From contig PBBE01000015.1 in assembly GCA_002716485.1 (NCBI GenBank), forward strand, positions 1 to 58,922: a stretch of 58,922 nucleotides of DNA. The letters are read 5' to 3'. This stretch comes from Actinomycetota bacterium (lineage in GTDB: Bacteria > Margulisbacteria > Marinamargulisbacteria > GCA-2716485). The translations under genes and the position numbers were made by a program. How positions within the stretch are numbered: position 1 is the stretch's first letter; each line of letters begins with the position of its first letter. Positions 18,164-26,688 of the stretch are shown in pieces. Under the pieces are notes generated by a model. The model saw nothing but the letters and a program-made list of their open reading frames with translations. It was not told the DNA's origin and ran no database searches.

Positions 18164-21100
18164 ATGAAATCTGTACTGCGTTATTTTTACGAGCGACATA
18201 CCTTTGCCCTGTTATTAACCGTAATGATTTTGTTACTGGGCCTTAAATCCGCATTTACGATTCAGCGTGATATGTTCCCTCGGGTGGAATTTGGCCGTGT
18301 GGTGATTGCCACTGCATACCCGGGTGCCTCCCCTGAAGATGTGGAGCTAGGGGTCACCAATAAAATTGAATCTCAACTCAAAAATGTGGACGGGATTAAA
18401 AAATTCACCTCTATTTCTATCGAAAACCGTTCTTCGATTGATGTTGAAATTGATACCTCCGTGGCTGATGTTACAGAAGTTAAAAACGAGATCCAAGACG
18501 CCATTAACCAGATCTCTGATTTTCCAGCGGCCTTGACCCAACTCCCCCAAATTATTGCCATTAACTCTGCAAATATCCCGATGATCGAAGTGGGCTTTTT
18601 TACCGACTTACCATACCCTGTCCTTCGGGAGAAAGCCAAACAATTAAAGAAAAAAATACTGGACTTAAATGGTGTTGCCAATGTGGATGAGTATGGCTAC
18701 CGCGACCGAGAGGTTAAAGTAAACTTAAACCCTGATCAACTCACCCAACTTCAATTACCGATCCGCTCTATTGTCAGGGCGATTCAATCCCGTAACACTC
18801 GGACCACGCCAGGCTCGATCTATTCTGATCAAGTTGAGCGAAACATTGTTAGTGTTTCTGAATTCAAAGAAGTGGATGAAATTGGCAAAGTGATTGTCCG
18901 ATCTAATTATGATGGTGACTTAATTTATTTATCGGATATCGCTAGTATCGAGAATACGTTTGAAGAAGAAAAAAACATGTGTCGAATGAACGGTATCCCT
19001 GCTGTTTCGTTTATTGTTTATAAAAGTAAAAAAGCCGATATTATTCGTACTGTTGATAAAATTAAACAGTTATTGGCTGAGGAACAAGAAAATGGGGTCC
19101 TTCAAGGCACTGAAACGGTATATGCCAGTGACTTTTCAAAATATGTTAAAAACCGACTCAACATTGTGAAGTCCAATGGGGTGATTGGCTTATGTTTGGT
19201 GTTATTGGTCATCGGACTCTTTTTATCACCAAGGTCCGCTTTTTGGGTGGCCATGGGAATTCCAGTGAGTATATTGGGGCTATTATTTATTTTACCTTTC
19301 TTGGATCGTACTTTAAATATTATTGCCATGTCGGCCATGATTATTGTCATTGGGATTATTGTCGATGACGCGATTATTGTCACTGAGAATATTGTCCGAA
19401 AACGAGAAGAGGGGCTATCTAGTATTGATGCGGCAGTTGAAGGCGTCCATGAGGTCTTTAAACCGGTCATTACCACCATTGTCACGACCTTAGTGGCCTT
19501 TGCACCTATGTTTTTCATGCCAGGTATTGTCGGTAAGTTTATTACCATTATTCCAGTTGTAGTGGTGGTCGCTCTGGCCATTTCCTTAGTAGAGTCACTC
19601 ATTGCATTACCCGCCCATTTGGTCCCCAGTCTCAAACGCATCCAGCCAAAAACGGGTGATGATTTTCAACCCGGCTTTTTGGACCGACTCCAGACCCGGT
19701 TTTATCGATTTGCGACCACTGTATTAAGACGGCGATATCTGACGGTGGGTCTTTTTGTCTTTATTTTATTTTCTAGCTTGTTTTATGCCGGCAAATATAT
19801 GAGCTTCACCTTATTTTCCTCAGATTCAGCGGAAGATATTACGGTGAGTGTGGAATTAGCGCCTGGAACCCCGCTATCCGAAACCTCTCGTCGCATCGCT
19901 GAAGTGGAAGCCCAGATCCTGGCATTGCCCGACACCGAACTGGGCCAAGTGATCACCCGAGTTGGGGTCAAATTAAGTCAAGAGTACTTGGAAGAGAGTG
20001 GGAATACAGCGGTCCTATCTATAGCATTGACACCTTTTAACCAACGCGACCGAAAGGCCACTGAGATTGCGGACTATCTCAGGACCCAAAGCGAAGAGCT
20101 GACCGGATTTAAAAAGATCACCTATAAAGTAGAGGCTGGTGGCCCACCAGTGGGTCAACCCGTATCAATGAAAGTGGTTGGTAGTAATAACGAACAACGG
20201 AACCGGTTGGTGACTGATATTATCAACTACCTGGAAAGTAAAGAGGGGGTTTTTGATTTGACACGGGCAGATACACCCGGTCGACCTGAGCTTAACCTAG
20301 AGTTGGATTACGAGAAACTGGCCCGTTTGGGCTTAAATGTGGCAGATGTAAACGAGACCCTTCGAACTGCTTTCGATGGGATTATTGTGACCAAGGTCCG
20401 CTTTGACGACGAGGATGTTAACTACCGTCTTATTTTTGCTCGAGAATCTGAGATCGCTACTGAGGCCTTTTTAGCCGATGTCTGGATCCCTAACAATATG
20501 GGTCGTTTGATCCCATTATCAGATATTGGCCGCCTGGTAAAACAGCCAGGCAGCCCGGACCTGACCCATTTTGATGGCGAACGATCCACCAAGATTACGG
20601 GGAACTTAACCCCGGACCTGAGTCCCATCGCCGTTAGTGCCGAGGTAAAATCTCAATTTAATCTTTCTCGGGATTACCCAGGCATGAAGCTCGTGATTGG
20701 AGGTAAATCTGAAGAAACGACCCAATCTTTTATTCAGCTCTTTCAATCTTTTGTGATTGCAGTGATCGCCATTTACTTTATTTTGGTCTTGCTATTCAAC
20801 TCTTTATCCCAGCCCTTGGTGGTCATCTCGGCCATCCCTTTTGGGATCGTCGGGGTCATTATCGCCTTTGCTTTTCATCAAGAACCGCTAGGCTTTATGG
20901 CCATGTTGGGTACAGTGGGATTGACGGGAGTGGTTGTAAACGATTCTTTGATTTTGGTGCACCGGGTCAATTTATATGAACAGCAGTATCTGGATCGATC
21001 CTATCGAGACGTGGTGGCCCTTGCCACGGCCAGCCGATTAAGGGCCATTATCTTAACGTCATTAAGTACCATTGCCGGGGTTATTCCGTTGGCCTATGGG

Positions 21101-21286
21101 TGGGGCGGCTTTGACCCCTTTATTGCGCCCATGGGATTGGCTTTGGGCTATGGGTTGTTCTTAGCGACTCCCTTGACCTTAATTTTGGTACCTTGTGTGT
21201 TATTGATCTTTCATGACCTTGCCTCATTAAAACAACGGTTCTTATCAACTCGATTGATCAAAGGTCTATTCTTTCGATCACGTTAA
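18164..21286 (+). CDS. RND (AcrB/AcrD/AcrF-family) inner-membrane efflux transporter
   Basis: The protein is 1040 aa with 12-TM RND topology and two large periplasmic loops. Typical segments include AMSAMIIVIGIIVDDAIIVTENI and VGLTGVVVNDSLILV. Confidence 0.9.
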   Translation: MKSVLRYFYERHTFALLLTVMILLLGLKSAFTIQRDMFPRVEFGRVVIATAYPGASPEDVELGVTNKIESQLKNVDGIKKFTSISIENRSSIDVEIDTSVADVTEVKNEIQDAINQISDFPAALTQLPQIIAINSANIPMIEVGFFTDLPYPVLREKAKQLKKKILDLNGVANVDEYGYRDREVKVNLNPDQLTQLQLPIRSIVRAIQSRNTRTTPGSIYSDQVERNIVSVSEFKEVDEIGKVIVRSNYDGDLIYLSDIASIENTFEEEKNMCRMNGIPAVSFIVYKSKKADIIRTVDKIKQLLAEEQENGVLQGTETVYASDFSKYVKNRLNIVKSNGVIGLCLVLLVIGLFLSPRSAFWVAMGIPVSILGLLFILPFLDRTLNIIAMSAMIIVIGIIVDDAIIVTENIVRKREEGLSSIDAAVEGVHEVFKPVITTIVTTLVAFAPMFFMPGIVGKFITIIPVVVVVALAISLVESLIALPAHLVPSLKRIQPKTGDDFQPGFLDRLQTRFYRFATTVLRRRYLTVGLFVFILFSSLFYAGKYMSFTLFSSDSAEDITVSVELAPGTPLSETSRRIAEVEAQILALPDTELGQVITRVGVKLSQEYLEESGNTAVLSIALTPFNQRDRKATEIADYLRTQSEELTGFKKITYKVEAGGPPVGQPVSMKVVGSNNEQRNRLVTDIINYLESKEGVFDLTRADTPGRPELNLELDYEKLARLGLNVADVNETLRTAFDGIIVTKVRFDDEDVNYRLIFARESEIATEAFLADVWIPNNMGRLIPLSDIGRLVKQPGSPDLTHFDGERSTKITGNLTPDLSPIAVSAEVKSQFNLSRDYPGMKLVIGGKSEETTQSFIQLFQSFVIAVIAIYFILVLLFNSLSQPLVVISAIPFGIVGVIIAFAFHQEPLGFMAMLGTVGLTGVVVNDSLILVHRVNLYEQQYLDRSYRDVVALATASRLRAIILTSLSTIAGVIPLAYGWGGFDPFIAPMGLALGYGLFLATPLTLILVPCVLLIFHDLASLKQRFLSTRLIKGLFFRSR

Positions 21287-21338
21287 GGGAAGGCACTTAG
21301 GTTAAAATAAAAGCAGATTCAAGGGACGACTTAATTTA

Positions 21339-21746
21339 TTGACGGCCCTTTATTTTTCATTATTAATCAACCCTGTTCATGCCATCACCCCTTTTATTAC
21401 CGATGCTTGTTCTTTATTTCCAAATGGACCCATAGATGACAATTCGCTATGGGAGAATTGTTGTATCGGTCATGATATCGCTTACTGGAAGGGGGCACCC
21501 ATTCACAACGTTTAGCGGCAGATTTAGCCCTCAAAGACTGTGTCACTGAGCTTAATCAAGGCCCCTTGGGATGTGAATGTTGGCCGGGGTCCGAATAGGC
21601 GGTAATCCATTCTTTTTAACATCGTTTGTGGCTACGGGTGGGCTTACTTACGGGGATATCAAGTACTCTCAGATGATGAAGATAAGGCTACAGAGCTCCA
21701 GCTACAACGGTTTTTTCATGATCAAGAGCACCCTAAGTTTAAGTAG
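21339..21746 (+). pseudogene. Frameshifted remnant of a small Cys-rich secreted protein with a CCxxHDxxYW (phospholipase A2-like) motif
   Basis: A coherent protein can be read only by changing frame three times. The segments are MTALYFSLLINPVHAITPFITDACSLFPNGPIDDNSLWENCCIGHDIAYWKG | GTHSQRLAADLALKDCVTELNQGPLGCE | MLAGVRIGGNPFFLTSF | CGYGWAYLRGYQVLSDDEDKATELQLQRFFHDQEHPKFK*. The first shift is at the G5 run 21491-21495. Only the third segment appears in the track (21577..21771). Confidence 0.55.
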
Positions 21747-21783
21747 TGTATTATCGATACTAATGTTCTAGTTCCTGGTTTGG

Positions 21784-24594
21784 ATGTTTCATAATGGGCT
21801 AGGTTGGGTATTTCATGGTATGAGAAATCTCGCAGGACCACTATTATCACCAGATCCAAGTTCATCAAATACAAATCATTCTGGGTCTTATTTGGCTTTA
21901 GAGCGGCTACGTAGTTGTGTGAATAGCTTAATTCTTTGCTTATCTACATTAATTAAAGAAGATGATCCTCTTGAAGCTGGTCCTCTTAATAGTTTCATAA
22001 CCCATTCTAATTTAAATGAGTTATCTACATTTATTAGAATTTCTCTTAAAACTTTTCACAGTACAGACTTCTGTAAAGATGTTTTGGAAAAGGCCCTTCG
22101 TTTTCGTGACAAAGACTTCTTTTTTAAACTTCTTTACACTGTGTCTACTGAGAATATCAGCAACCCTGATCTTATTACTTCCTTTGGACTTACACCTGAA
22201 CTTTTAAATGAATATTTGGAGTTTTTATACAAAAACCCACCTAATAAAGACCGTTCTATTAAAGATATGATTTATATTATCTCGAACTTACCTGACTGTA
22301 GTATTCAAAGGTTGCCTAAAGAAATGTTATTGTATGTATATACTTGTGAATCCAAGCAACGTTTACTTACTACTAAGACTGATATGTTTTTAAATAAAAT
22401 TGAAGAGCAACTTAAAAACTATGAATTAACTCTGCCTCTTCTTTATGAGGTGGCCATATACAATCCAGAGCTACTGCCCCAGATGCCTCAAAACCTTGTT
22501 GCTGAGCTTTACTGTGTCGTGTTTATTAATGATCGAAGCAAGCTGAACGTTGAATTGAATCATAATGATGCGGAGAGGCTTCTTACGAACATCTCAACAT
22601 CTGTTAATAAAAAAACACATGAATTGGCAATTCAATTTATAAGGGATGAAACTGTAGATATAGTCTTACGCAAAATGGCATTTAAGAAATATGTTTCAGA
22701 CTCATGTGAAGATGATAATTTAAAGACATTTATTCAACAAACACCTAAGAAGTTATTAGCTGAGATTTATTGTGAGGAATATATCAACCCGAGTCCCGAC
22801 ATTAGATCCAGTATATTACCTATAATTTCAAATAACTTTGATAAAGACAACCTTAAAATGGAAACGCTATATACGGGAAGAGAGACTGTAGAAGCTGACA
22901 TGCTCGTCTTTTGTATTAATGAAGAGACTGCAGATATAGACTTACGTAAACAAGCCTTCAGAAAGTATGTGTTAAGTCGAACTCAACTCCCAAGCCTACC
23001 AGCATCTCATTTAATAGATATAGATTTAAAGGAATTTATCGCTAACACATCAAATAAACTATTAGCTGAGATCTATTGTGAAGAATATGTGAACACACTT
23101 CCTGAATCCTCCTCGGACATCTTAAATAAATTTTTAGAAACTTTTCCAGAAGATACCCTTAACATGCTAGTCAAATTTATTTGTGAAGAGACCGCAGATA
23201 TAGGGTCTCGACAACAGGCGTTAGCTAACGCCATTATGTTATTAAACGATGAGCAATTAGATGAGCAATTAATAAAAATCCCATTTAATATTATAGGGGG
23301 TATTTATTGTCAAGCAGTCATTGATAATGATAATGAAATCTTAAATCGAATTGATAAAGTGATTAGTCTTCCAAAGGACTTAGACTTATCATATTTAAAA
23401 CCGCCAGCTAAACCTGAATTTAGTGAATTGGACAATGATTCACTTGTTAAGCTAATGAATGGCCCTAAGGAATACACTGAAATTAATTTAAGAGGCGCCA
23501 TCAAGTCTCTTAGAGACCAATTAAATGTTGAGGTTGAGCAAGAGTTGAGTGACGATGAGTGGATCGCGTACTTTATAAAATATATGGAGCTCCCCAATTC
23601 GCCTCTACCCGAATTTATTGACTATCTTTTTACCCTTCAAGAACAACTAAATAAAGCTAAAAAACAAAAGAATGAAATTTTAATAGATACAATAAAAGTG
23701 GCATTGGCCCAAGTCCCTACAGGTATGAACCTTGAATGTCCTGAAGGTGCAAAGAATGAAATTATAAATGCAAAACAACCCTTTATGTCCGGCCCATTTC
23801 AAGGGCCATTAATAGCCCATTTGAATGATCAGATTAAGGAATTAACGACTTCAACGAATTCACAAACGTTTTATCATCCTAGCTATGAAAGCCACCTGCC
23901 AAAATTACTTTCTAAGATATTAAATATTGAGCATTTATTTGCTTTTGATGATGGCCACGCTGTTGACATGTACGATATATTAAGAAAGAATCCGACACCC
24001 TTGTATGAACATCTCCCAGAAATCAGGGGAGACTATTTAAGATTTTTAGAAGAACAGCGGGTTCTTCTTAGTACAAGCGTGTCACTATCAGACGGGAGCT
24101 TTGAAAAGGCAAAAAAAGACTATGCAGAAAATTTCAATAATATTAAGAACGGTGTGAGTGATATTCTGACTGAAAATTTATCTAAGATTGATGACGACAA
24201 TTACAAAATACCTGAATCCCGTCCCTCTCCTGAATCCCGTCCCTCTATCGTTACTAGATTATCTGGGATGATAACTACTTTTAATAACAAAATTGATACC
24301 TTTAAACTCCCATCTGAATTTAAGCTTTGTACGCAGGTTAATACTATTGGAAACATAAAAAACTTATCTAAACAACTCATGGAGTATCAAACCATGGAAG
24401 AGAAATTTTTCAAACCGGAAGAATCTAACCCTTGGTTTGATTGGGTCAGGCAGGAATCTCCTGGGAATCCGGATGATGGTCAACTGTTAACTGAGGAACA
24501 AAAGTGCTTACTTAACACTCACTATCAACTATTTACATCCTTTATTCAATATCAAAGGGCTAAGTTTGGCAAAGATCAAAAAACCTTAAAATAA
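21784..24594 (+). CDS. Large orphan protein (936 aa) with ~90 aa internal repeats; candidate secreted effector
   Basis: Recurring modules are ...ETVDIVLRKMAFKKYV...LLAEIYCEEYINP.., ..ETADIDLRKQAFRKYV...LLAEIYCEEYVNT.. and ..ETADIGSRQQALANAI...IIGGIYCQAVID. An earlier copy reads LVAELYCVVFIND. The gene is visibly more AT-rich (about 30% GC in sampled lines) than neighbours (about 42%). No domain was recognised. Confidence 0.65.
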   Translation: MFHNGLGWVFHGMRNLAGPLLSPDPSSSNTNHSGSYLALERLRSCVNSLILCLSTLIKEDDPLEAGPLNSFITHSNLNELSTFIRISLKTFHSTDFCKDVLEKALRFRDKDFFFKLLYTVSTENISNPDLITSFGLTPELLNEYLEFLYKNPPNKDRSIKDMIYIISNLPDCSIQRLPKEMLLYVYTCESKQRLLTTKTDMFLNKIEEQLKNYELTLPLLYEVAIYNPELLPQMPQNLVAELYCVVFINDRSKLNVELNHNDAERLLTNISTSVNKKTHELAIQFIRDETVDIVLRKMAFKKYVSDSCEDDNLKTFIQQTPKKLLAEIYCEEYINPSPDIRSSILPIISNNFDKDNLKMETLYTGRETVEADMLVFCINEETADIDLRKQAFRKYVLSRTQLPSLPASHLIDIDLKEFIANTSNKLLAEIYCEEYVNTLPESSSDILNKFLETFPEDTLNMLVKFICEETADIGSRQQALANAIMLLNDEQLDEQLIKIPFNIIGGIYCQAVIDNDNEILNRIDKVISLPKDLDLSYLKPPAKPEFSELDNDSLVKLMNGPKEYTEINLRGAIKSLRDQLNVEVEQELSDDEWIAYFIKYMELPNSPLPEFIDYLFTLQEQLNKAKKQKNEILIDTIKVALAQVPTGMNLECPEGAKNEIINAKQPFMSGPFQGPLIAHLNDQIKELTTSTNSQTFYHPSYESHLPKLLSKILNIEHLFAFDDGHAVDMYDILRKNPTPLYEHLPEIRGDYLRFLEEQRVLLSTSVSLSDGSFEKAKKDYAENFNNIKNGVSDILTENLSKIDDDNYKIPESRPSPESRPSIVTRLSGMITTFNNKIDTFKLPSEFKLCTQVNTIGNIKNLSKQLMEYQTMEEKFFKPEESNPWFDWVRQESPGNPDDGQLLTEEQKCLLNTHYQLFTSFIQYQRAKFGKDQKTLK
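24211..24246 (+). repeat. Perfect 18 bp x2 tandem repeat (encodes PESRPS-PESRPS)
   Basis: cctgaatcccgtccctct occurs twice back to back inside the 936 aa ORF. Confidence 0.9.
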
Positions 24595-24757
24595 AAAAAA
24601 ATATCTTCTTCGATGACCCTTGCACTAAGATTGACACGGGCATCTACCCTTGCGCCTATTATACTCTCTTCACCTACTTTCTAACTTAACACCTTAATAC
24701 ACAACTGAAGTCTTTATTTTTGATAAATTCTTTCGATTATGTTAAAATAATATTAAG

Positions 24758-24793
24758 ATATTTAAATGTTTAATTTCTTATCATTCTGGGAAG
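24758..24793 (+). promoter_or_regulatory. Shared bipartite upstream motif, copy 1 (ATATTTAAATGTTTA-N14-TGGGAAG)
   Basis: The TGGGAA box begins 45 nt upstream of the ATG at 24832. Spacing and sequence match the sites at 25380 and 40689. Confidence 0.45.
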
Positions 24794-24831
24794 TTAATAA
24801 GTAAACAACAAGGAATAGGGGAGGGGATCCT

Positions 24832-25176
24832 ATGGCTGAGCCTGATCTTGAATTAAATCGTCCTGACGCCATTGATGATCTTGAAGATAACTTTGATGAT
24901 CTGGCCGATGATCTGGATTTTGACGCTGATAATCTGGATGACGAGTATACGGAGGTGGCCCAAACTTCTGAGTCTGAACCCCCTGAATCAGGGCTTGATC
25001 AAGCGGCCATTAGTGAACGAAAATTGGCCATTATCTTTGAGACGGATTATAACGAATATGAAACTGATTATCATCGTGGCGAATTGTTTTTAGAAGATGT
25101 CCATAAGGTTTATACTTATTTATCAAAAGACCCTAAAAATAAACCCAATGCCCCAAGTGTATCCAAAAGTATCTAA
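24832..25176 (+). CDS. Extremely acidic small protein (114 aa)
   Basis: It has an RBS (ggagggg) upstream. About 33 of its 114 residues are D or E, concentrated in DAIDDLEDNFDDLADDLDFDADNLDDEY. Confidence 0.55.
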   Translation: MAEPDLELNRPDAIDDLEDNFDDLADDLDFDADNLDDEYTEVAQTSESEPPESGLDQAAISERKLAIIFETDYNEYETDYHRGELFLEDVHKVYTYLSKDPKNKPNAPSVSKSI

Positions 25177-25190
25177 TTAAAGGAGGCCCC

Positions 25191-25343
25191 ATGAGTGACT
25201 TAAGTATTTCATCTTGTTCCCCTGTTGACTACGATCTCTTACAACACGCTACTGATGCGTATATGGACCCTGATTCAGATGGGCCTAATTGTGAAGTACT
25301 GGCTGCCATTTCCTTGGCCTTGGAGAACCGGCCCGGATGTGTG
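25191..25343 (+). CDS. Possible 50 aa micro-ORF coupled to the acidic protein gene
   Basis: A strong RBS (aaggagg, 25179-25185) lies 5 nt before the ATG at 25191. My translation is MSDLSISSCSPVDYDLLQHATDAYMDPDSDGPNCEVLAAISLAWRTGPDV*. The ORF is below the track length cutoff. Confidence 0.3.
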
Positions 25344-25379
25344 ATTTAAATACGCTTAAAGGGTCTTCAAAAAAAACAT

Positions 25380-25415
25380 AAAATTTCAATGTTTAAATTT
25401 TGTTAAAAATGGGAA
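25380..25415 (+). promoter_or_regulatory. Shared bipartite upstream motif, copy 2 (AAATTTCAATGTTTA-N14-TGGGAAG)
   Basis: The TGGGAA box (25409-25414) begins 47 nt upstream of the start at 25456. Confidence 0.45.
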
Positions 25416-25455
25416 GTATATTGATATAAGAACAATAATATAAGAAAAAAAAGGG

Positions 25456-25911
25456 GTGGTTAAGATTTATAACTTAAATGTATTAAAACAATTAACTGGG
25501 GTTTTAGTAGTAGGATGTATCATGGTGTTTAGTATGGGTTGCTCGAACTTACTTAAATCCAAAAAATCGTCATCTAGCGCCGTATCTTCACCTAGCCAAA
25601 TGGAAGATATTATTGTCCCGTCGTCATTTACGTGGCGGACTGATAAAGAGATTTCTTTGGATTTGACCTTACTGGATTCAAGTGAAATCCCGGTAGGAAG
25701 CTCATTTGTGAGTATTACCTATTCGGATAGCAATGATGAAACTCGATTATTAATGAAAGGCTTAACCGATGACGCTGGTAAATTATTGGCGGTCATTAGT
25801 GTCCCCAGCTATGTTGATGACTTACTCGTATCCACGAGTCTGATCGGAGATCACTTGATTGGACTACCCGGAAACTCTGCCACTCTTTCAGAGGTTTTAC
25901 GCAAAGACTAA
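25456..25911 (+). CDS. Small probable lipoprotein or secreted protein
   Basis: The track start is non-ATG. The signal segment LTGVLVVGC is lipobox-like (VVGC) and is followed by a Ser-rich linker. Confidence 0.55.
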   Translation: MVKIYNLNVLKQLTGVLVVGCIMVFSMGCSNLLKSKKSSSSAVSSPSQMEDIIVPSSFTWRTDKEISLDLTLLDSSEIPVGSSFVSITYSDSNDETRLLMKGLTDDAGKLLAVISVPSYVDDLLVSTSLIGDHLIGLPGNSATLSEVLRKD

Positions 25912-25944
25912 GTGATATAGCTTATCCAGTGAGAATGGGCAATA

Positions 25945-26406
25945 TTAGCGCGCTTTGGATTCCAGGCGCGCTATTTGTCGTTTTAGCTGCGAAAGGCCTT
26001 TATCATTTGATTTAAGGCTCTCTGAATGGATTGTATAGCCGACACTTAGTACCCGAGCCATCTGTTCGGCACTCCAGCGCTTAATATGCTGGGCCATTTC
26101 ACTGTCAAGGTAATTGGCCAAGAGAAAGAAAACCGGTAATCGATATTGGGTCACAATTTTGGCTTGGGGAGGCGACTGGTCATGGGTAACCATATGAATT
26201 TTTCTTATCCATGTGTCTTTTTGAGATTCATTGTCCGTAAAGATCTTAGCGATAGCGGCTTGTAAGTCTTTAAATGAAACGGTATAGATTTGACAGAGCT
26301 GATCTTGGCTTAGCCATTGGGCTTGGGTATCATTTTCGATGCTCAGGGATAACTTTCCTGACGTAAGGTCAATTTTTAAAGGGCTATCTAGTACGTGATC
26401 ATGCAT
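25945..26406 (-). CDS. Hypothetical protein resembling the N-terminal part of RhuM-family virulence-island proteins
   Basis: ...QAQWLSQDQLCQIYTVSFKDLQAAIAKIFTDNE... follows the RhuM N-terminal pattern (TVWLTQxQMAELFxxxxxTIxxHIxNIFxEGEL). At 153 aa it is about half the usual length. It abuts the 3' end of tRNA-Asn. Confidence 0.4.
   Translation of the reverse strand: MHDHVLDSPLKIDLTSGKLSLSIENDTQAQWLSQDQLCQIYTVSFKDLQAAIAKIFTDNESQKDTWIRKIHMVTHDQSPPQAKIVTQYRLPVFFLLANYLDSEMAQHIKRWSAEQMARVLSVGYTIHSESLKSNDKGLSQLKRQIARLESKAR
25946..25973. terminator. GC-rich hairpin between convergent genes (possible bidirectional terminator)
   Basis: TAGCGCGC (25946-25953), a 12 nt loop, then GCGCGCTA (25966-25973) followed by TTT. 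It overlaps the last codons of the minus-strand ORF. Confidence 0.3.
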
Positions 26407-26433
26407 AATTTTGGGTCAATTTGAGCCTTTTTT

Positions 26434-26508
26434 TGGCTCCCCCGGTCGGATTCGAACCAACGACCCAGCGGTTAACAGCCGCTTGCTCTGCCACTGAGCT
26501 ACAGGGGA
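26434..26508 (-). tRNA. tRNA-Asn (anticodon GUU)
   Basis: The reverse complement reads TCCCCTGTAGCTCAGTGGCAGAGCAAGCGGCTGTTAACCGCTGGGTCGTTGGTTCGAATCCGACCGGGGGAGCCA. It folds as a cloverleaf, the anticodon loop is CT-GTT-AA, and CCA is encoded. Confidence 0.9.
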
Positions 26509-26688
26509 ACATCAAACGCAATACAACAAGTATAAAAAGGTCTGAGCAAATTGGCAAGGCTCTTTTTCCAATGCGTTGCTTTGCAGCTCATTTCAATCAA
26601 GCCCATATCCAACATCAACTTAACTATAGCGTTATTATTATGTAGATTTAATATTTCTTTTTTATGATTAATTATAGGAGGAGTGAGG

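Noticed and set aside
18347-20628. Several 60-180 aa antisense ORFs inside the RND gene, with similar ones inside nrdA, the GSII genes, ICL and typA
   Set aside because: All are embedded antisense or out of frame within long genes that carry strong family motifs. They have no independent support.
25409-25424. Reading TGGGAAGTATATTGA as a sigma54 -24/-12 element (TGG-N9-TTG)
   Set aside because: The GC of the -12 element is missing, and the other two motif copies have no TTG at that spacing.
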